Assembly: GCF_000621645.1 (NCBI RefSeq)
Contig: NZ_JHXR01000003.1
Coordinates: 1-32,000, forward strand
Direction: 5' to 3'
Length of the DNA stretch: 32,000 nucleotides
Source of the DNA: Vibrio cholerae ATCC 14035
GTDB lineage: Bacteria; Pseudomonadota; Gammaproteobacteria; Enterobacterales; Vibrionaceae
Made by a program: the position numbers and the translations under genes. Below, in pieces: positions 9,437 through 18,653 of the stretch. Numbering within the stretch: the stretch's first letter is position 1; every line of letters begins with the position of its first letter. The notes beneath the pieces were generated by a model that searched no databases, was not told the origin of the DNA, and saw nothing but the letters and a program-made list of their open reading frames with translations.

Positions 9437-10396
9437 ATGTTAGATAAAAAAGACGCAATGAGTGCCATTGCGAGTTACCGCATGGAAAGCACCCTCCGAG
9501 GCGTAGACCTCAATCTGTTAACCGTTTTTGATGCAGTAATGCAAGAGCAAAACATTACGCGAGCGGCACACAACTTAGGTATGTCACAGCCTGCGGTCAG
9601 TAATGCCGTGGCGCGTTTAAAAGTGATGTTCAATGATGAGTTGTTTATGCGCCAAGGGCGTGGCATTCAGCCAACCCAGCGTGCTCGCCAACTGTTTGGC
9701 CCGATCCGTCAAGCTTTGCAATTGATCCGTAACGAGCTACCGAGTTCAGTTTTCACACCGGAAACCTCAACGCGTCTGTTTAAGCTCGCGATCTGCAGTC
9801 CTTGCGATTTACGCTTTGCTCCTCAGATCATGGCATCGATTGATGAATTAGCACCGAGTGTACAATTGCATTTGGATGCAGAGTTTGATCGCCAAATCGC
9901 AGAGCGCATGCGTTATCAAGAAATTGATTTTGTGATTGATTACGCTCGATTTGATGATCAAGGTTTTTCAAGCACTGAGATTTTCCAAGATGAGTTGGTG
10001 GTGGTGGCATCAAAACTTCACCCTCATATCCAAGGAAGTATCACGGCCGAACAATTGAGTGCGGAAAAACACGCAAAATTGTCCAAAGTGCATGGGCAGC
10101 GTAGTTTCTCTGAACTGGCGTACCGTGATTTTGATTGCCAGTCTTATTACGAAGGCACCAGCCTGAGCAATGTGTTGTATGTGGTCGGTCAGTCTGAACT
10201 GGTGACCGTTGCTCCACGTTGGATGGCGGAAAATGCGGCCAATCGTGATGAGTTGCAAATCCTCGCTTTCCCATTTGCTGAGTCCAAAATCTCGGGTTAT
10301 CTGAGTTGGCATGAGTCGAGTGAAAAAGACAAAGGCCATATCTGGCTGCGTGACCAACTGATGGTGATTTGTGGCGAAGTGGTCGCGAATCGCTGA
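9437..10396 (+). CDS. leuO: LysR-family global regulator LeuO (319 aa from ATG 9437)
   Basis: VDLNLLTVFDAVMQEQNITRAAHNLGMSQPAVSNAVARLKVMFNDELF is near-identical to the E. coli LeuO HTH, and the gene sits between leu and ilvIH. The SD GAGG (9426-9429) fits the ATG at 9437 better than the ORF-track ATG at 9431, which has a 1-nt spacing. Confidence 0.92.
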   Translation: MLDKKDAMSAIASYRMESTLRGVDLNLLTVFDAVMQEQNITRAAHNLGMSQPAVSNAVARLKVMFNDELFMRQGRGIQPTQRARQLFGPIRQALQLIRNELPSSVFTPETSTRLFKLAICSPCDLRFAPQIMASIDELAPSVQLHLDAEFDRQIAERMRYQEIDFVIDYARFDDQGFSSTEIFQDELVVVASKLHPHIQGSITAEQLSAEKHAKLSKVHGQRSFSELAYRDFDCQSYYEGTSLSNVLYVVGQSELVTVAPRWMAENAANRDELQILAFPFAESKISGYLSWHESSEKDKGHIWLRDQLMVICGEVVANR

Positions 10397-10420
10397 TCCT
10401 TTGTTCATTCTACGTTTCTA

Positions 10421-10457
10421 AAGCCTTGGGCAGTAAAAACTGTCCAAGGCTTTTTTG
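10421..10457 (+). terminator. Rho-independent terminator after leuO
   Basis: Long hairpin aagccttgggcagt-aaaa-actgtccaaggctt (14 bp including one G-U) followed by tttttt. Confidence 0.85.
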
Positions 10458-10572
10458 TTACAGAATGAGTTTTAATCGATAACTTTGACGTTAGTCAGTT
10501 GTGTTTTGGCCTTTGAAATGTACACTTGTGCGCTGAAAAAAGGCTTACAGGTGTAAGCTACAGGTAAGAGAT

Positions 10573-12378
10573 ATGACGAACTTAGATTTCCACATCGTTA
10601 AACGGATCCGCCAACGTATTGCCCAAGGGGGTGATAACGCCGCGCTAAAACATAAACAAAACGGCCAATGGCAAGCAATCAATTGGCACCAGTTTGGTGA
10701 ACAATTGGATGAACTCTCGATGGCGTTGTTAGCTCAAGGCATCGGTGTACAGGACAAAATTGCGATTTTTTCCAACAACATGCCACGTTGGACGATTGCT
10801 GATTTTGCCGCCTTACAGATCCGTGCGGTAACGGTTCCTATCTATCCTACCAATACGCCAGAGCAGGCGGCTTACATCTTACAGAATGCGGATGTGAAAG
10901 TGGTTTTTGTGGGTGAGCAGGCACAATTTGATGCTGCACTCAGCCAATTTGAACAATGCCCAGAGCTGCGTCTGATTGTGGCTATGAATGCCAATATCGA
11001 CCTCAAACAAGCCAGTTGTGCGATGCATTGGGATGAGTTTGTTGCTCAAAGTCACCATCAAGATCGAGCGCCGTTGGATGCCTTAATTGAGCAGGCCAAC
11101 TATGACGATCTGTTTACCCTCATTTATACCTCCGGCACTACCGGAACGCCGAAAGGGGTGATGCTGGATTATCGTAATATCGGTGCTCAGCTAGAGGGAC
11201 ACGATCAGCGCCTGAATCTGACTCAAGAGGATGTCTCACTCTGTTTCCTGCCACTTTCTCATGTCTTTGAGCGAGCATGGACGGCGTATGTGCTTTATAA
11301 AGGTGCGACCAACTGTTACTTGCAGGACGTGGCTCATGTGCGTGAAGCTTTAGCTGAAGTCCGTCCAACCGTGATGTGTGCCGTACCGCGCTTTTATGAA
11401 AAGATCTTCTCAGCAATCCATGAAAAAGTCGTTAAAGCGCCGTTGGTACGCAAGGTTCTTTTTACTTGGGCTGTCAATATGGGGGCGAAAATGGCGGTGT
11501 GCCGTCAGCAGCAGCGCCAACCTTCTTGGATGCTTAAACAGAGCCATCAATTCGCTGACAAGCTGGTGTTAAGTAAGCTGCGCGCTTTGCTTGGGGGAAG
11601 AATCAATTTCATGCCTTGTGGTGGCGCTAAGTTGGATGAAACCATTGGCCGCTTTTTCCATGCGATTGGTATTAACGTCAAGCTTGGTTATGGCATGACC
11701 GAAACCACGGCCACGGTTTCTTGTTGGGATGACCACTGTTTTAACCCAGATTCGATTGGGCTTTCTATGCCGGGAGCTCAAGTCAAAATTGGCGAGAACA
11801 ATGAAATTCTGGTTCGTGGTCCTATGGTGATGCGTGGCTACTACAAGCTCGATAAAGAAACCACCGAAAGTTTTGATGAGCAGGGTTTTCTGAAAACGGG
11901 TGATGCGGGTCATATTGATGAAAATGGTAATTTATTTATTACCGATCGCATCAAGGAACTGATGAAAACCTCAGGTGGTAAATATATTGCGCCGCAGGTG
12001 ATTGAAGGGGCGATTGGTAAAGATCATTTCATAGAACAGATCGCGGTGATTGCCGATACGCGCAAGTTTGTCTCGGCTTTGATTGTGCCTTGCTTTGATT
12101 CATTGGAAGAGTATGCCAAAGAACTGAACATTAAATATCATGACCGTCTGGAGCTTATCAAACATAGCCAAGTACTGGAGATGTTTGAAAAGCGCGTTAA
12201 TGAGTTACAAAAAGAGCTGGCGAAATTTGAACAAGTGAAGAAGTTTAGATTGTTGCCAAAAGCATTTTCGATGGACAGTGGTGAGCTGACACCGACCCAA
12301 AAACTGCGTCGTAAAGTGATTAACGATCGCTATCAGGATGAAATCGAAGAAATGTACCAAGATTCTCCGAAAAAATAG
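10573..12378 (+). CDS. AMP-forming long-chain fatty-acid--CoA ligase (ACSL-type, 601 aa)
   Basis: Adenylate-forming enzyme motifs are present: [35 protein letters not shown], and [11 protein letters not shown]. The length and insertion pattern are of the eukaryote-like ACSL type rather than FadD. Confidence 0.9.
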   Translation: MTNLDFHIVKRIRQRIAQGGDNAALKHKQNGQWQAINWHQFGEQLDELSMALLAQGIGVQDKIAIFSNNMPRWTIADFAALQIRAVTVPIYPTNTPEQAAYILQNADVKVVFVGEQAQFDAALSQFEQCPELRLIVAMNANIDLKQASCAMHWDEFVAQSHHQDRAPLDALIEQANYDDLFTLIYTSGTTGTPKGVMLDYRNIGAQLEGHDQRLNLTQEDVSLCFLPLSHVFERAWTAYVLYKGATNCYLQDVAHVREALAEVRPTVMCAVPRFYEKIFSAIHEKVVKAPLVRKVLFTWAVNMGAKMAVCRQQQRQPSWMLKQSHQFADKLVLSKLRALLGGRINFMPCGGAKLDETIGRFFHAIGINVKLGYGMTETTATVSCWDDHCFNPDSIGLSMPGAQVKIGENNEILVRGPMVMRGYYKLDKETTESFDEQGFLKTGDAGHIDENGNLFITDRIKELMKTSGGKYIAPQVIEGAIGKDHFIEQIAVIADTRKFVSALIVPCFDSLEEYAKELNIKYHDRLELIKHSQVLEMFEKRVNELQKELAKFEQVKKFRLLPKAFSMDSGELTPTQKLRRKVINDRYQDEIEEMYQDSPKK

Positions 12379-12407
12379 CGCGATCAAGCTATTATCTTGA
12401 TGTTCTA

Positions 12408-12445
12408 AACACCTCTTGGCGAAAATCGCTCAGAGGTGTTTTTAT
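12408..12445 (+). terminator. Rho-independent terminator after the acyl-CoA ligase
   Basis: aaacacctct-(14 nt loop)-agaggtgttt followed by ttt. Confidence 0.7.
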
Positions 12446-12862
12446 ATCTGCAATACTATGACCCATGCCCTTGCTACCTGAGGCAACAAGCTTCGCTCAT
12501 GCCAATCACATTGTCTTTTGGTGTTGATGGAAGGGTGGGAGCCGATACTCCGGTGTGCTGACAAAATAATCTACTTTTTTTTAACTGCTCAATGGCTGTT
12601 CAACCTAAAAGCAAGGTAAAGGTTGAAATGGAATGCTTAATCACCGTCTTATTTTCGATTCTGCTGTAAAAGTGCGCAAATTGGGGTTAGACCAGTTGCT
12701 AAGAAAGCGTTACATTTGTTGCGTAACCTCGCGGCTGTTATGACAGACGCAGGACATAGCCGAAAGCGGAGCGTTTTCGAATTAGGCTACAAATAAGCCC
12801 TAAACTATGTAAAACCAACCCTTTTGCCGACCGAGCACAAGGTATGTTGGTAAGGAGACAAG

Positions 12863-14584
12863 ATGGAAATGCTATCTGGCGCAGAGATGATCGTCCAATC
12901 TCTGATCAATGAAGGTGTGGAGCAAATCTTCGGATATCCCGGCGGTTCAGTACTCGACATCTACGATGCCCTTCACGAAAAAACAGACCAAATTAAACAC
13001 GTTCTGGTTCGTCACGAACAAGCCGCAACACATATGGCTGATGGCTATGCGCGCGCCACTGGAAAACCGGGCGTAGTGCTCGTCTGCTCAGGTCCGGGCG
13101 CCACCAATACGGTGACTGGGATTGCAACCGCCTATATGGACTCGATTCCGATGATTGTGATCTCCGGTAACGTAGCCACTAATCTTATTGGTAACGATGC
13201 ATTTCAAGAGTGCGATATCGTCGGCGTGTCTCGTCCCATCGTTAAACACAGCTTTTTGGTGAAAAAAGCCGAAGATATTCCTGAAACCATCAAAAAAGCG
13301 TTTTATATCGCGTCAACGGGGCGTCCTGGTCCTGTAGTGATTGACGTGCCAAAAGATGTGATGAGCCCGCTTAATAAGCTGCCTTATGAGTATCCAGAAA
13401 CCATTAAAATGCGCTCTTACAACCCAACGACGGCTGGCCACAAAGGACAGATCAAAAAAGGGTTACGCGCACTGCTCGATGCGAAAAAGCCAGTACTGTA
13501 CGTCGGTGGCGGGGCGATTATTGCTAATGCAGATCAGCAAATTCGCCAACTTGCAGAGGCTTTAAATCTGCCCGTGGTTAGTACTTTGATGGGATTGGGC
13601 GTTTTTCCTGGCACTCATAAAAACTCACTGGGTATGCTTGGCATGCATGGTGTGTATGAAGCCAATATGGCGATGCACAATGCAGATCTGATTTTTGGGG
13701 TAGGTGTGCGCTTTGATGACCGTACGACTAACAACCTAGAGAAGTACTGCCCCAACGCGAAAATCATGCATATCGATATTGACCCGTCATCGATTTCTAA
13801 AAACGTGAAAGTCGATCTGCCGATTGTTGGTTCTGCCGACCAAGTATTGGATGGCATGCTCAAGCTTCTGGAAGAGAGCGCTGAGCGCAATGATGCGGCA
13901 GCATTGGATAGTTGGTGGAATGAGATCCAAGTGTGGCGTGATCGTCAGTGTTTGGCTTATGAAACCTCAGCAGAACGGATTAAGCCTCAGCAAGTGATTG
14001 AAACGCTATATAAAATCACGGAAGGTAAAGCAATTTTGGCCTCGGATGTGGGGCAGCACCAAATGTTTGCGGCACTCTACTATCCGTTTGATAAGCCGCG
14101 TCAGTGGATTAACTCTGGCGGGCTAGGCACCATGGGTTTTGGTTTACCTGCGGGAATGGGCGTGAAATTCGCCATGCCAGAAGAAGAGGTACTGGTCGTG
14201 ACCGGAGATGGCAGTATTCAGATGAATATTCAAGAGCTATCGACCGCACTGCAGTACGACATTCCAGTAAAAATCATTAACCTCAACAACCGTTTCCTTG
14301 GAATGGTGAAACAGTGGCAGGATATTATTTATCAAGGTCGTCACTCTAACTCATACATGAGTTCTGTGCCGGATTTTGCGGAGATCGCAGAAGCTTATGG
14401 TCATGTTGGGATCCGTATTTCTCACCCTGATGAGCTGCAAGCTGGGCTGGAAAAAGCGTTAGCGATGAAAGATCGTCTGGTGTTTGTCGACATTAATGTC
14501 GATGAAACTGAGCACGTTTACCCAATGCAGATCAAAGGCGAAGGGATGGACAAAATGTGGTTGAGCAAAACGGAGAGAACCTAA
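12863..14584 (+). CDS. ilvI: Acetolactate synthase III large subunit (573 aa)
   Basis: The N-terminus [19 protein letters not shown] matches E. coli IlvI ([14 protein letters not shown]...), and ThDP motifs are present ([21 protein letters not shown]). An SD aaggag lies 5 nt upstream. Confidence 0.97.
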   Translation: MEMLSGAEMIVQSLINEGVEQIFGYPGGSVLDIYDALHEKTDQIKHVLVRHEQAATHMADGYARATGKPGVVLVCSGPGATNTVTGIATAYMDSIPMIVISGNVATNLIGNDAFQECDIVGVSRPIVKHSFLVKKAEDIPETIKKAFYIASTGRPGPVVIDVPKDVMSPLNKLPYEYPETIKMRSYNPTTAGHKGQIKKGLRALLDAKKPVLYVGGGAIIANADQQIRQLAEALNLPVVSTLMGLGVFPGTHKNSLGMLGMHGVYEANMAMHNADLIFGVGVRFDDRTTNNLEKYCPNAKIMHIDIDPSSISKNVKVDLPIVGSADQVLDGMLKLLEESAERNDAAALDSWWNEIQVWRDRQCLAYETSAERIKPQQVIETLYKITEGKAILASDVGQHQMFAALYYPFDKPRQWINSGGLGTMGFGLPAGMGVKFAMPEEEVLVVTGDGSIQMNIQELSTALQYDIPVKIINLNNRFLGMVKQWQDIIYQGRHSNSYMSSVPDFAEIAEAYGHVGIRISHPDELQAGLEKALAMKDRLVFVDINVDETEHVYPMQIKGEGMDKMWLSKTERT

Positions 14585-14585
14585 G

Positions 14586-15080
14586 ATGAGACACATTATT
14601 TCACTGCTATTGGAAAACCAACCGGGTGCGCTGTCTCGTGTTGTCGGGCTCTTTTCCCAGCGCGGGTACAACATTGAAACGCTAAACGTATCACCGACCG
14701 ATGACGAAACCCTTTCGCGGCTGAACATTACGACGAAAACCGATGAAATGCAGCTAGAGCAGATCCAAAAGCAGCTGCATAAATTGATTGATGTTTTGAA
14801 AGTGCAGGAAGTGACAGAGTGTGAACACATCGAGCGTGAGCTGATGCTGGTCAAAGTCAAGGCCTCTGGTTTTGCACGTGCGGAAGTAAAACGTACGGCG
14901 GATATTTTCCGCGGCCAGATTGTTGATGTCACAGCTTCACAATACACAGTGCAACTGGCCGGTACGAGCGAGAAACTGGATGCTTTTATTGAGGCGATTG
15001 CGGAAGTGACGGAAGTTATCGAAGTGGCACGAAGTGGTGTGGTAGGCATCGCGCGTGGTGAACGAGCGCTCAGAGCTTAG
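14586..15080 (+). CDS. ilvH: Acetolactate synthase III small (regulatory) subunit (164 aa)
   Basis: MRHIISLLLENQPGALSRVVGLFSQRGYNIETL is the ACT domain typical of IlvH. The gene starts 1 nt after the ilvI stop. Confidence 0.96.
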   Translation: MRHIISLLLENQPGALSRVVGLFSQRGYNIETLNVSPTDDETLSRLNITTKTDEMQLEQIQKQLHKLIDVLKVQEVTECEHIERELMLVKVKASGFARAEVKRTADIFRGQIVDVTASQYTVQLAGTSEKLDAFIEAIAEVTEVIEVARSGVVGIARGERALRA

Positions 15081-15082
15081 TT

Positions 15083-15210
15083 TATCCCCTTCCTACTTGA
15101 AGCTGCAGCGGTGTTGGCTACGTTCGTTCACCCCAATCACATAGTGTATCTATGCTTATGGGGATGAACTCACTTGCCGCCTACCTGCAACTCCAAGTCG
15201 TTTGGGTATA
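15083..15210. repeat. ERIC/IRU-type 127-bp imperfect palindromic intergenic repeat
   Basis: tatcccct.tcctACTTgAAGcTGCAgcg...GCtaCGTTCGtTCACCCCAaTCAC...tGGGGAtgaACTCaCTTGCCGCCTaCCTGCAACTCcAAg...tttGGGTATA is collinear with the enterobacterial ERIC consensus as I remember it. The two outer arms and the inner ...cacccca/tgggga... arms are mutually complementary. Confidence 0.75.
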
Positions 15211-15237
15211 GTCTTTATAACTACAAGCAAAGCACAA

Positions 15238-15263
15238 ATAAAAAACCAGCCGAAAGGCTGGTT
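15238..15263 (-). terminator. Rho-independent terminator downstream of serA (possibly bidirectional for ilvH)
   Basis: aaccagcc-gaaa-ggctggtt. On the minus strand it is followed by tttttat. On the plus strand only gtt follows. Confidence 0.8.
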
Positions 15264-15311
15264 GTTATATTCAGGATTCAGGATTGGTGAGCGATGTCGC
15301 CCACCAATCAA

Positions 15312-16541
15312 TCAGTGCAGAATACGGGCGCGAATCGTGCCGTCGATCGCTTTAAGCTTAGTTAACGCTTCTTCAGAGCGAGCCGTTTCCACATCGATGA
15401 CCACATAGCCGATTTCTGCGGTGGTTTGCAGATATTGAGCCGCGATGTTGATCCCTTCTTCGGCGAAGATGGTGTTAATTTGGGTCAAAATGCCCGGACG
15501 GTTGGCGTGAATATGCAGTAAGCGAGAGCAGCTGCGATGCTCTGGCAGTGACACTTCAGGGAAGTTGACACTAGAGAGCGTTGAGCCGTTATCTGAGTAT
15601 TTAGCCAGCTTGCCAGCCACTTCAATGCCAATGTTCTCTTGTGCCTCTTGGGTTGACCCCCCCACGTGTGGTGTCAAAATCACGTTATCAAACTTCATCA
15701 GTGGCGATTCAAACGGCTCTTTGTTTGATGCCGGTTCTTCTGGGAATACGTCAATCGCTGCCCCTGCAATATGACCAGATTCGAGCGCATTGCACAGAGC
15801 CGGGATATCGACCACAGTACCGCGGGCGGCGTTAATGAAGATAGCACCCGGTTTCATGCGCGCAAACTCTTCCGCACCCATCATATTTTTAGTGCCAGCG
15901 GTTTCCGGAACATGCAGTGATATGACATCACACTTATTGAGTAGCTCGCTTAAGGTATGTACTTGGGTAGCGTTACCGAGCGAGAGTTTGCTTTCAATGT
16001 CATAGAAATATACGTGCATCCCCAAGTTTTCAGCAATGATCCCCAACTGAGTACCGATATGACCGTAACCGATAATGCCTAGGCGTTTACCCCGTGCTTC
16101 ATAAGAGTTATCTGCACTTTTTTTCCAGATCCCACGGTGAGCAAGTGCGTTTTTCTCTGGAATGCCACGCAGTAACAGTAAAATTTCGCCGAGCACCAGT
16201 TCCGCCACACTGCGAGTATTGGAGAATGGTGCGTTAAACACTGGAATACCGCGTTTGGCGGCGGCATTAAGGTCGACTTGGTTAGTACCGATACAGAAAC
16301 AGCCAATCGCCACCAGTTTCTCTGCCGCATTGATCACTTTCTCCGTCAGATTACTGCGCGAGCGGATCCCGACAAAATGCACATCTTTGATAGCTTTAAT
16401 CAGCTCAGCTTCTTCCAGCGAGCCTTTATGGTATTCGATATTGCTGTAACCGGCCGCTTGCAAAACTTCCACCGAAGAGGGGTGAAGTCCTTCAAGAAGG
16501 AGGATCTTAATTCTGTCTTTTTCCAGTGAAACTTTGGCCAT
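15312..16541 (-). CDS. serA: D-3-phosphoglycerate dehydrogenase (409 aa)
   Basis: MAKVSLEKDRIKILLLEGLH..., the NAD site GIIGYGHIGTQ, and a C-terminal ACT domain are collinear with E. coli SerA. An SD aagga lies 7 nt upstream. Confidence 0.97.
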   Translation of the reverse strand: MAKVSLEKDRIKILLLEGLHPSSVEVLQAAGYSNIEYHKGSLEEAELIKAIKDVHFVGIRSRSNLTEKVINAAEKLVAIGCFCIGTNQVDLNAAAKRGIPVFNAPFSNTRSVAELVLGEILLLLRGIPEKNALAHRGIWKKSADNSYEARGKRLGIIGYGHIGTQLGIIAENLGMHVYFYDIESKLSLGNATQVHTLSELLNKCDVISLHVPETAGTKNMMGAEEFARMKPGAIFINAARGTVVDIPALCNALESGHIAGAAIDVFPEEPASNKEPFESPLMKFDNVILTPHVGGSTQEAQENIGIEVAGKLAKYSDNGSTLSSVNFPEVSLPEHRSCSRLLHIHANRPGILTQINTIFAEEGINIAAQYLQTTAEIGYVVIDVETARSEEALTKLKAIDGTIRARILH

Positions 16542-16728
16542 TTTATCGTCCTTAAAACTATGGGAAGGTGGGCTAACAGGCGCTTGGGTTCGAATGGTTC
16601 GAATTTTGGTCGTAATTTAGAAAAGCAAACGTTTTCCTTGTGCGCCTTCTGCTCACTAAATTAACAAACTTTTTTTGCTTTGGGTAAGAAAATTACGGAA
16701 TAAGGCATAATTTTCTTAGAGAAAAGGA

Positions 16729-16754
16729 TAAAAAACGGCACCCAGCGGTGCCGT
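16729..16754 (-). terminator. Rho-independent terminator downstream of rpiA
   Basis: Minus strand: acggcacc-gctg-ggtgccgt followed by tttttt. Confidence 0.85.
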
Positions 16755-16794
16755 TTGTAAGCAAATAACGGAATATGGGGGGAAATGCCCGATA

Positions 16795-17451
16795 TTACTC
16801 TTCGATTTTTGCACCTTGTGGTGTGCCAGTGATGACCACATCAGCCCCGCGATGAGCAAAGAGACCCACGGTCACAACCCCTGCGATGCCGTTGATCTTG
16901 CTTTCGAGATCTTTGGGATGGGTGATCTTCATGTTGTAGACATCCAGAATAACGTTACCGTTATCGGTGATCACACCTTCACGATACACAGGATCGCCGC
17001 CGAGTTTTACCAGTTCGCGCGCGACATAAGAGCGCGCCATTGGGATCACTTCAACAGGCAGAGGGAAGTTGCCTAGAACATCGACCGCTTTAGTGCCATC
17101 GACAATACACACAAATTTTTTGGCAATCGCTGCGACGATTTTTTCACGCGTCAGTGCTGCACCGCCACCTTTGATCATGTCGCGTTCTGGGTTGATCTCA
17201 TCAGCACCATCGACATAGATGTCCAGCTCCGATACATCGTTACAGTCATAAACACGGATGCCGAGTGCTTCCAGTTTCGCAGTCGAAGCAATTGAGCTCG
17301 AAACCGCGCCTTTGATTTCGTCTTTGATAGTGCCTAAAGCATCGATGAAGTGATTAACGGTTGAGCCCGTACCAACACCGACAATGCTGCCTTTTTCTAC
17401 GTATTTCAGAGCAGCCCAACCGGCGGCTTTTTTCATTTCATCTTGAGTCAT
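16795..17451 (-). CDS. rpiA: Ribose-5-phosphate isomerase A (218 aa)
   Basis: [18 protein letters not shown]...GVGTGST...DGADE...[13 protein letters not shown] are RpiA signatures. An SD aggag lies 6 nt upstream. Confidence 0.97.
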   Translation of the reverse strand: MTQDEMKKAAGWAALKYVEKGSIVGVGTGSTVNHFIDALGTIKDEIKGAVSSSIASTAKLEALGIRVYDCNDVSELDIYVDGADEINPERDMIKGGGAALTREKIVAAIAKKFVCIVDGTKAVDVLGNFPLPVEVIPMARSYVARELVKLGGDPVYREGVITDNGNVILDVYNMKITHPKDLESKINGIAGVVTVGLFAHRGADVVITGTPQGAKIEE

Positions 17452-17560
17452 GCCTATCTCCTGAGTATCGATTTTCGGGTATGTTGCGCGGCGCGATTAT
17501 AACCCCAAACCGGAAGCAGAAGTAATCACTTAGGCTGAGCTAAACTGAGCAATTGTTCGA

Positions 17561-18145
17561 CTACCACTGCCAAACCTTGCTGGGGGTCACGATTTTTCGT
17601 AACGGAATATCCCAGCTTGCAGTGGGCAGTTGCTCGACTTGTTGGCAATCGTGCGCAAGACCAATCGGCATCGCGCCTTGCTGCGTTTTAAACCAAGGTG
17701 CGAGAGTGCGATCGTAATAGCCGCCACCCATTCCCAAGCGTTGGCCTGATTGATCAAACGCCACCAAAGGAGTACCGATAATATCGAGCTCTCGAACCGG
17801 GCAGATCAAACGTTGGTCGAGTTTAGGCTCTGCGATCCCATAGCGATTTTTGTTCATTGGTGTGTGTGCTTGGTAGTGCAGAAACAGCAAGTGACCTTTT
17901 GCGAAAGGGTGTAAAACTGGGAGATACACTTGTTTACCTTGCTGCCAAAGCCATTCGATCAGTGGTTGAGTATTGAGCTCACCATCATTGGCAAGATACA
18001 GGGCAATACGCTGCGCGGCAGTCACTTCCGGTAAGCTGGCAAAGGTATGGATAAGTTGTTGGCTGGCCGTCTGTTGCTCAAAAGCAGAGAGTGATTGTCG
18101 GCGTTGACGAATTTGCAGGCGTAGGTGTGTACGAGAATCTGTCAT
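17561..18145 (-). CDS. ygfA: 5-formyltetrahydrofolate cyclo-ligase (194 aa)
   Basis: IRQRRQSL..., LPVLHPF..., GMGGGYYDRTL and DIPL..IVTPSKVWQW are collinear with E. coli YgfA. It lies immediately downstream of the 6S RNA as in E. coli. The only canonical start codon is the ATG at 18145. Confidence 0.9.
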   Translation of the reverse strand: MTDSRTHLRLQIRQRRQSLSAFEQQTASQQLIHTFASLPEVTAAQRIALYLANDGELNTQPLIEWLWQQGKQVYLPVLHPFAKGHLLFLHYQAHTPMNKNRYGIAEPKLDQRLICPVRELDIIGTPLVAFDQSGQRLGMGGGYYDRTLAPWFKTQQGAMPIGLAHDCQQVEQLPTASWDIPLRKIVTPSKVWQW

Positions 18146-18148
18146 AGA

Positions 18149-18333
18149 GGGAACCCCGGGATGCCGTTGAGGATCGTAGCCCTTGAACCATCAGGTTCAA
18201 GGCGGATCAGTAATGGTAACCGCAGGCTTCTCGGTACAAGCCGAGCTTGCTCAATAGCTACCCAATACCAACCCTGTTATGTTGCTTATCGGCTCAGGGA
18301 CATAAATCCGCTGACGAACACCCCAGGGTAAAT
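18149..18333 (-). ncRNA. ssrS: 6S RNA
   Basis: The minus strand reads atttaccctggggtgttcgtcagcgg...gtccctgagccgataag...gctcgg..ccgagaagcc...ccttgaacc.gatggttcaagggctac...ggcatcccggggttccc. It matches E. coli 6S blocks (GUCCCUGAGCCGAUA, CCGAGAAGCC, CCUUGAACC..GGUUCAAGGGUUAC, GGCAUCUCGGAGAUUCCC). The closing stem ACCCUGGGGUG/CAUCCCGGGGU is intact, and the zapA-ssrS-ygfA synteny is conserved. Confidence 0.9.
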
Positions 18334-18344
18334 CAATGCTGTGT

Positions 18345-18653
18345 TTATTGCTTTCCTGGCTTCACATTTTTCAATGCAGCTTCTAATGAAGCGGCGAGCT
18401 GTTCCATGCGCTCGCTAAGTTGTGACTGAGTGCCCGCATTTTCTTGCTGTTTCGTTTGTAACTCGTAACAGATATTGAGTGCGGCAATCGTCAACAGTTT
18501 CACCTCATTGGTGACTTTAGTTCGCTCTGCCATTTCTTTCAAACGATTATCGAGATCTTGCGCAGCTTGAAGCAAAGACGCTTCTTGACCTGCTGGGCAG
18601 TTTACCCGGGTCACTTTGCCCAAAATTTCAATGTCAACCGCTTGATTACTCAT
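18345..18653 (-). CDS. zapA: Cell-division protein ZapA (102 aa)
   Basis: MSNQAVDIEILGKVTRVNCPAGQE...LLTIAALNICYEL matches ZapA, and the position upstream of ssrS is conserved. Confidence 0.93.
   Translation of the reverse strand: MSNQAVDIEILGKVTRVNCPAGQEASLLQAAQDLDNRLKEMAERTKVTNEVKLLTIAALNICYELQTKQQENAGTQSQLSERMEQLAASLEAALKNVKPGKQ

Noticed and set aside
10541-10566. Possible FadR operator upstream of the acyl-CoA ligase.
   Set aside because: The sequence contains ACCTGT-like halves on the minus strand but lacks the CTGGT...GAC core of the FadR box. Only the palindrome itself is reported.
12670-12862. A canonical attenuator terminator for ilvIH downstream of the BCAA-rich mini-ORF.
   Set aside because: Only short or AU-rich stems are visible (cgaaa/tttcg, ccg/cgg, ggct/agcc). 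None combines a GC-rich stem with a U-run, so no attenuator feature is called.
14459-15049. 196-aa ORF antisense to ilvH. Other long antisense ORFs of the same kind are 3778..4203, 4270..4689, 5754..6254, 10010..10408, 19053..19460, 20560..20919, 23091..23498, 24656..24955, 25719..26081 and 26659..27066.
   Set aside because: All are fully embedded opposite strongly supported conserved genes. They show Ser/Thr/Arg/Cys-rich shadow-frame composition and lack start-site signals. I treat them as frame shadows, not genes.
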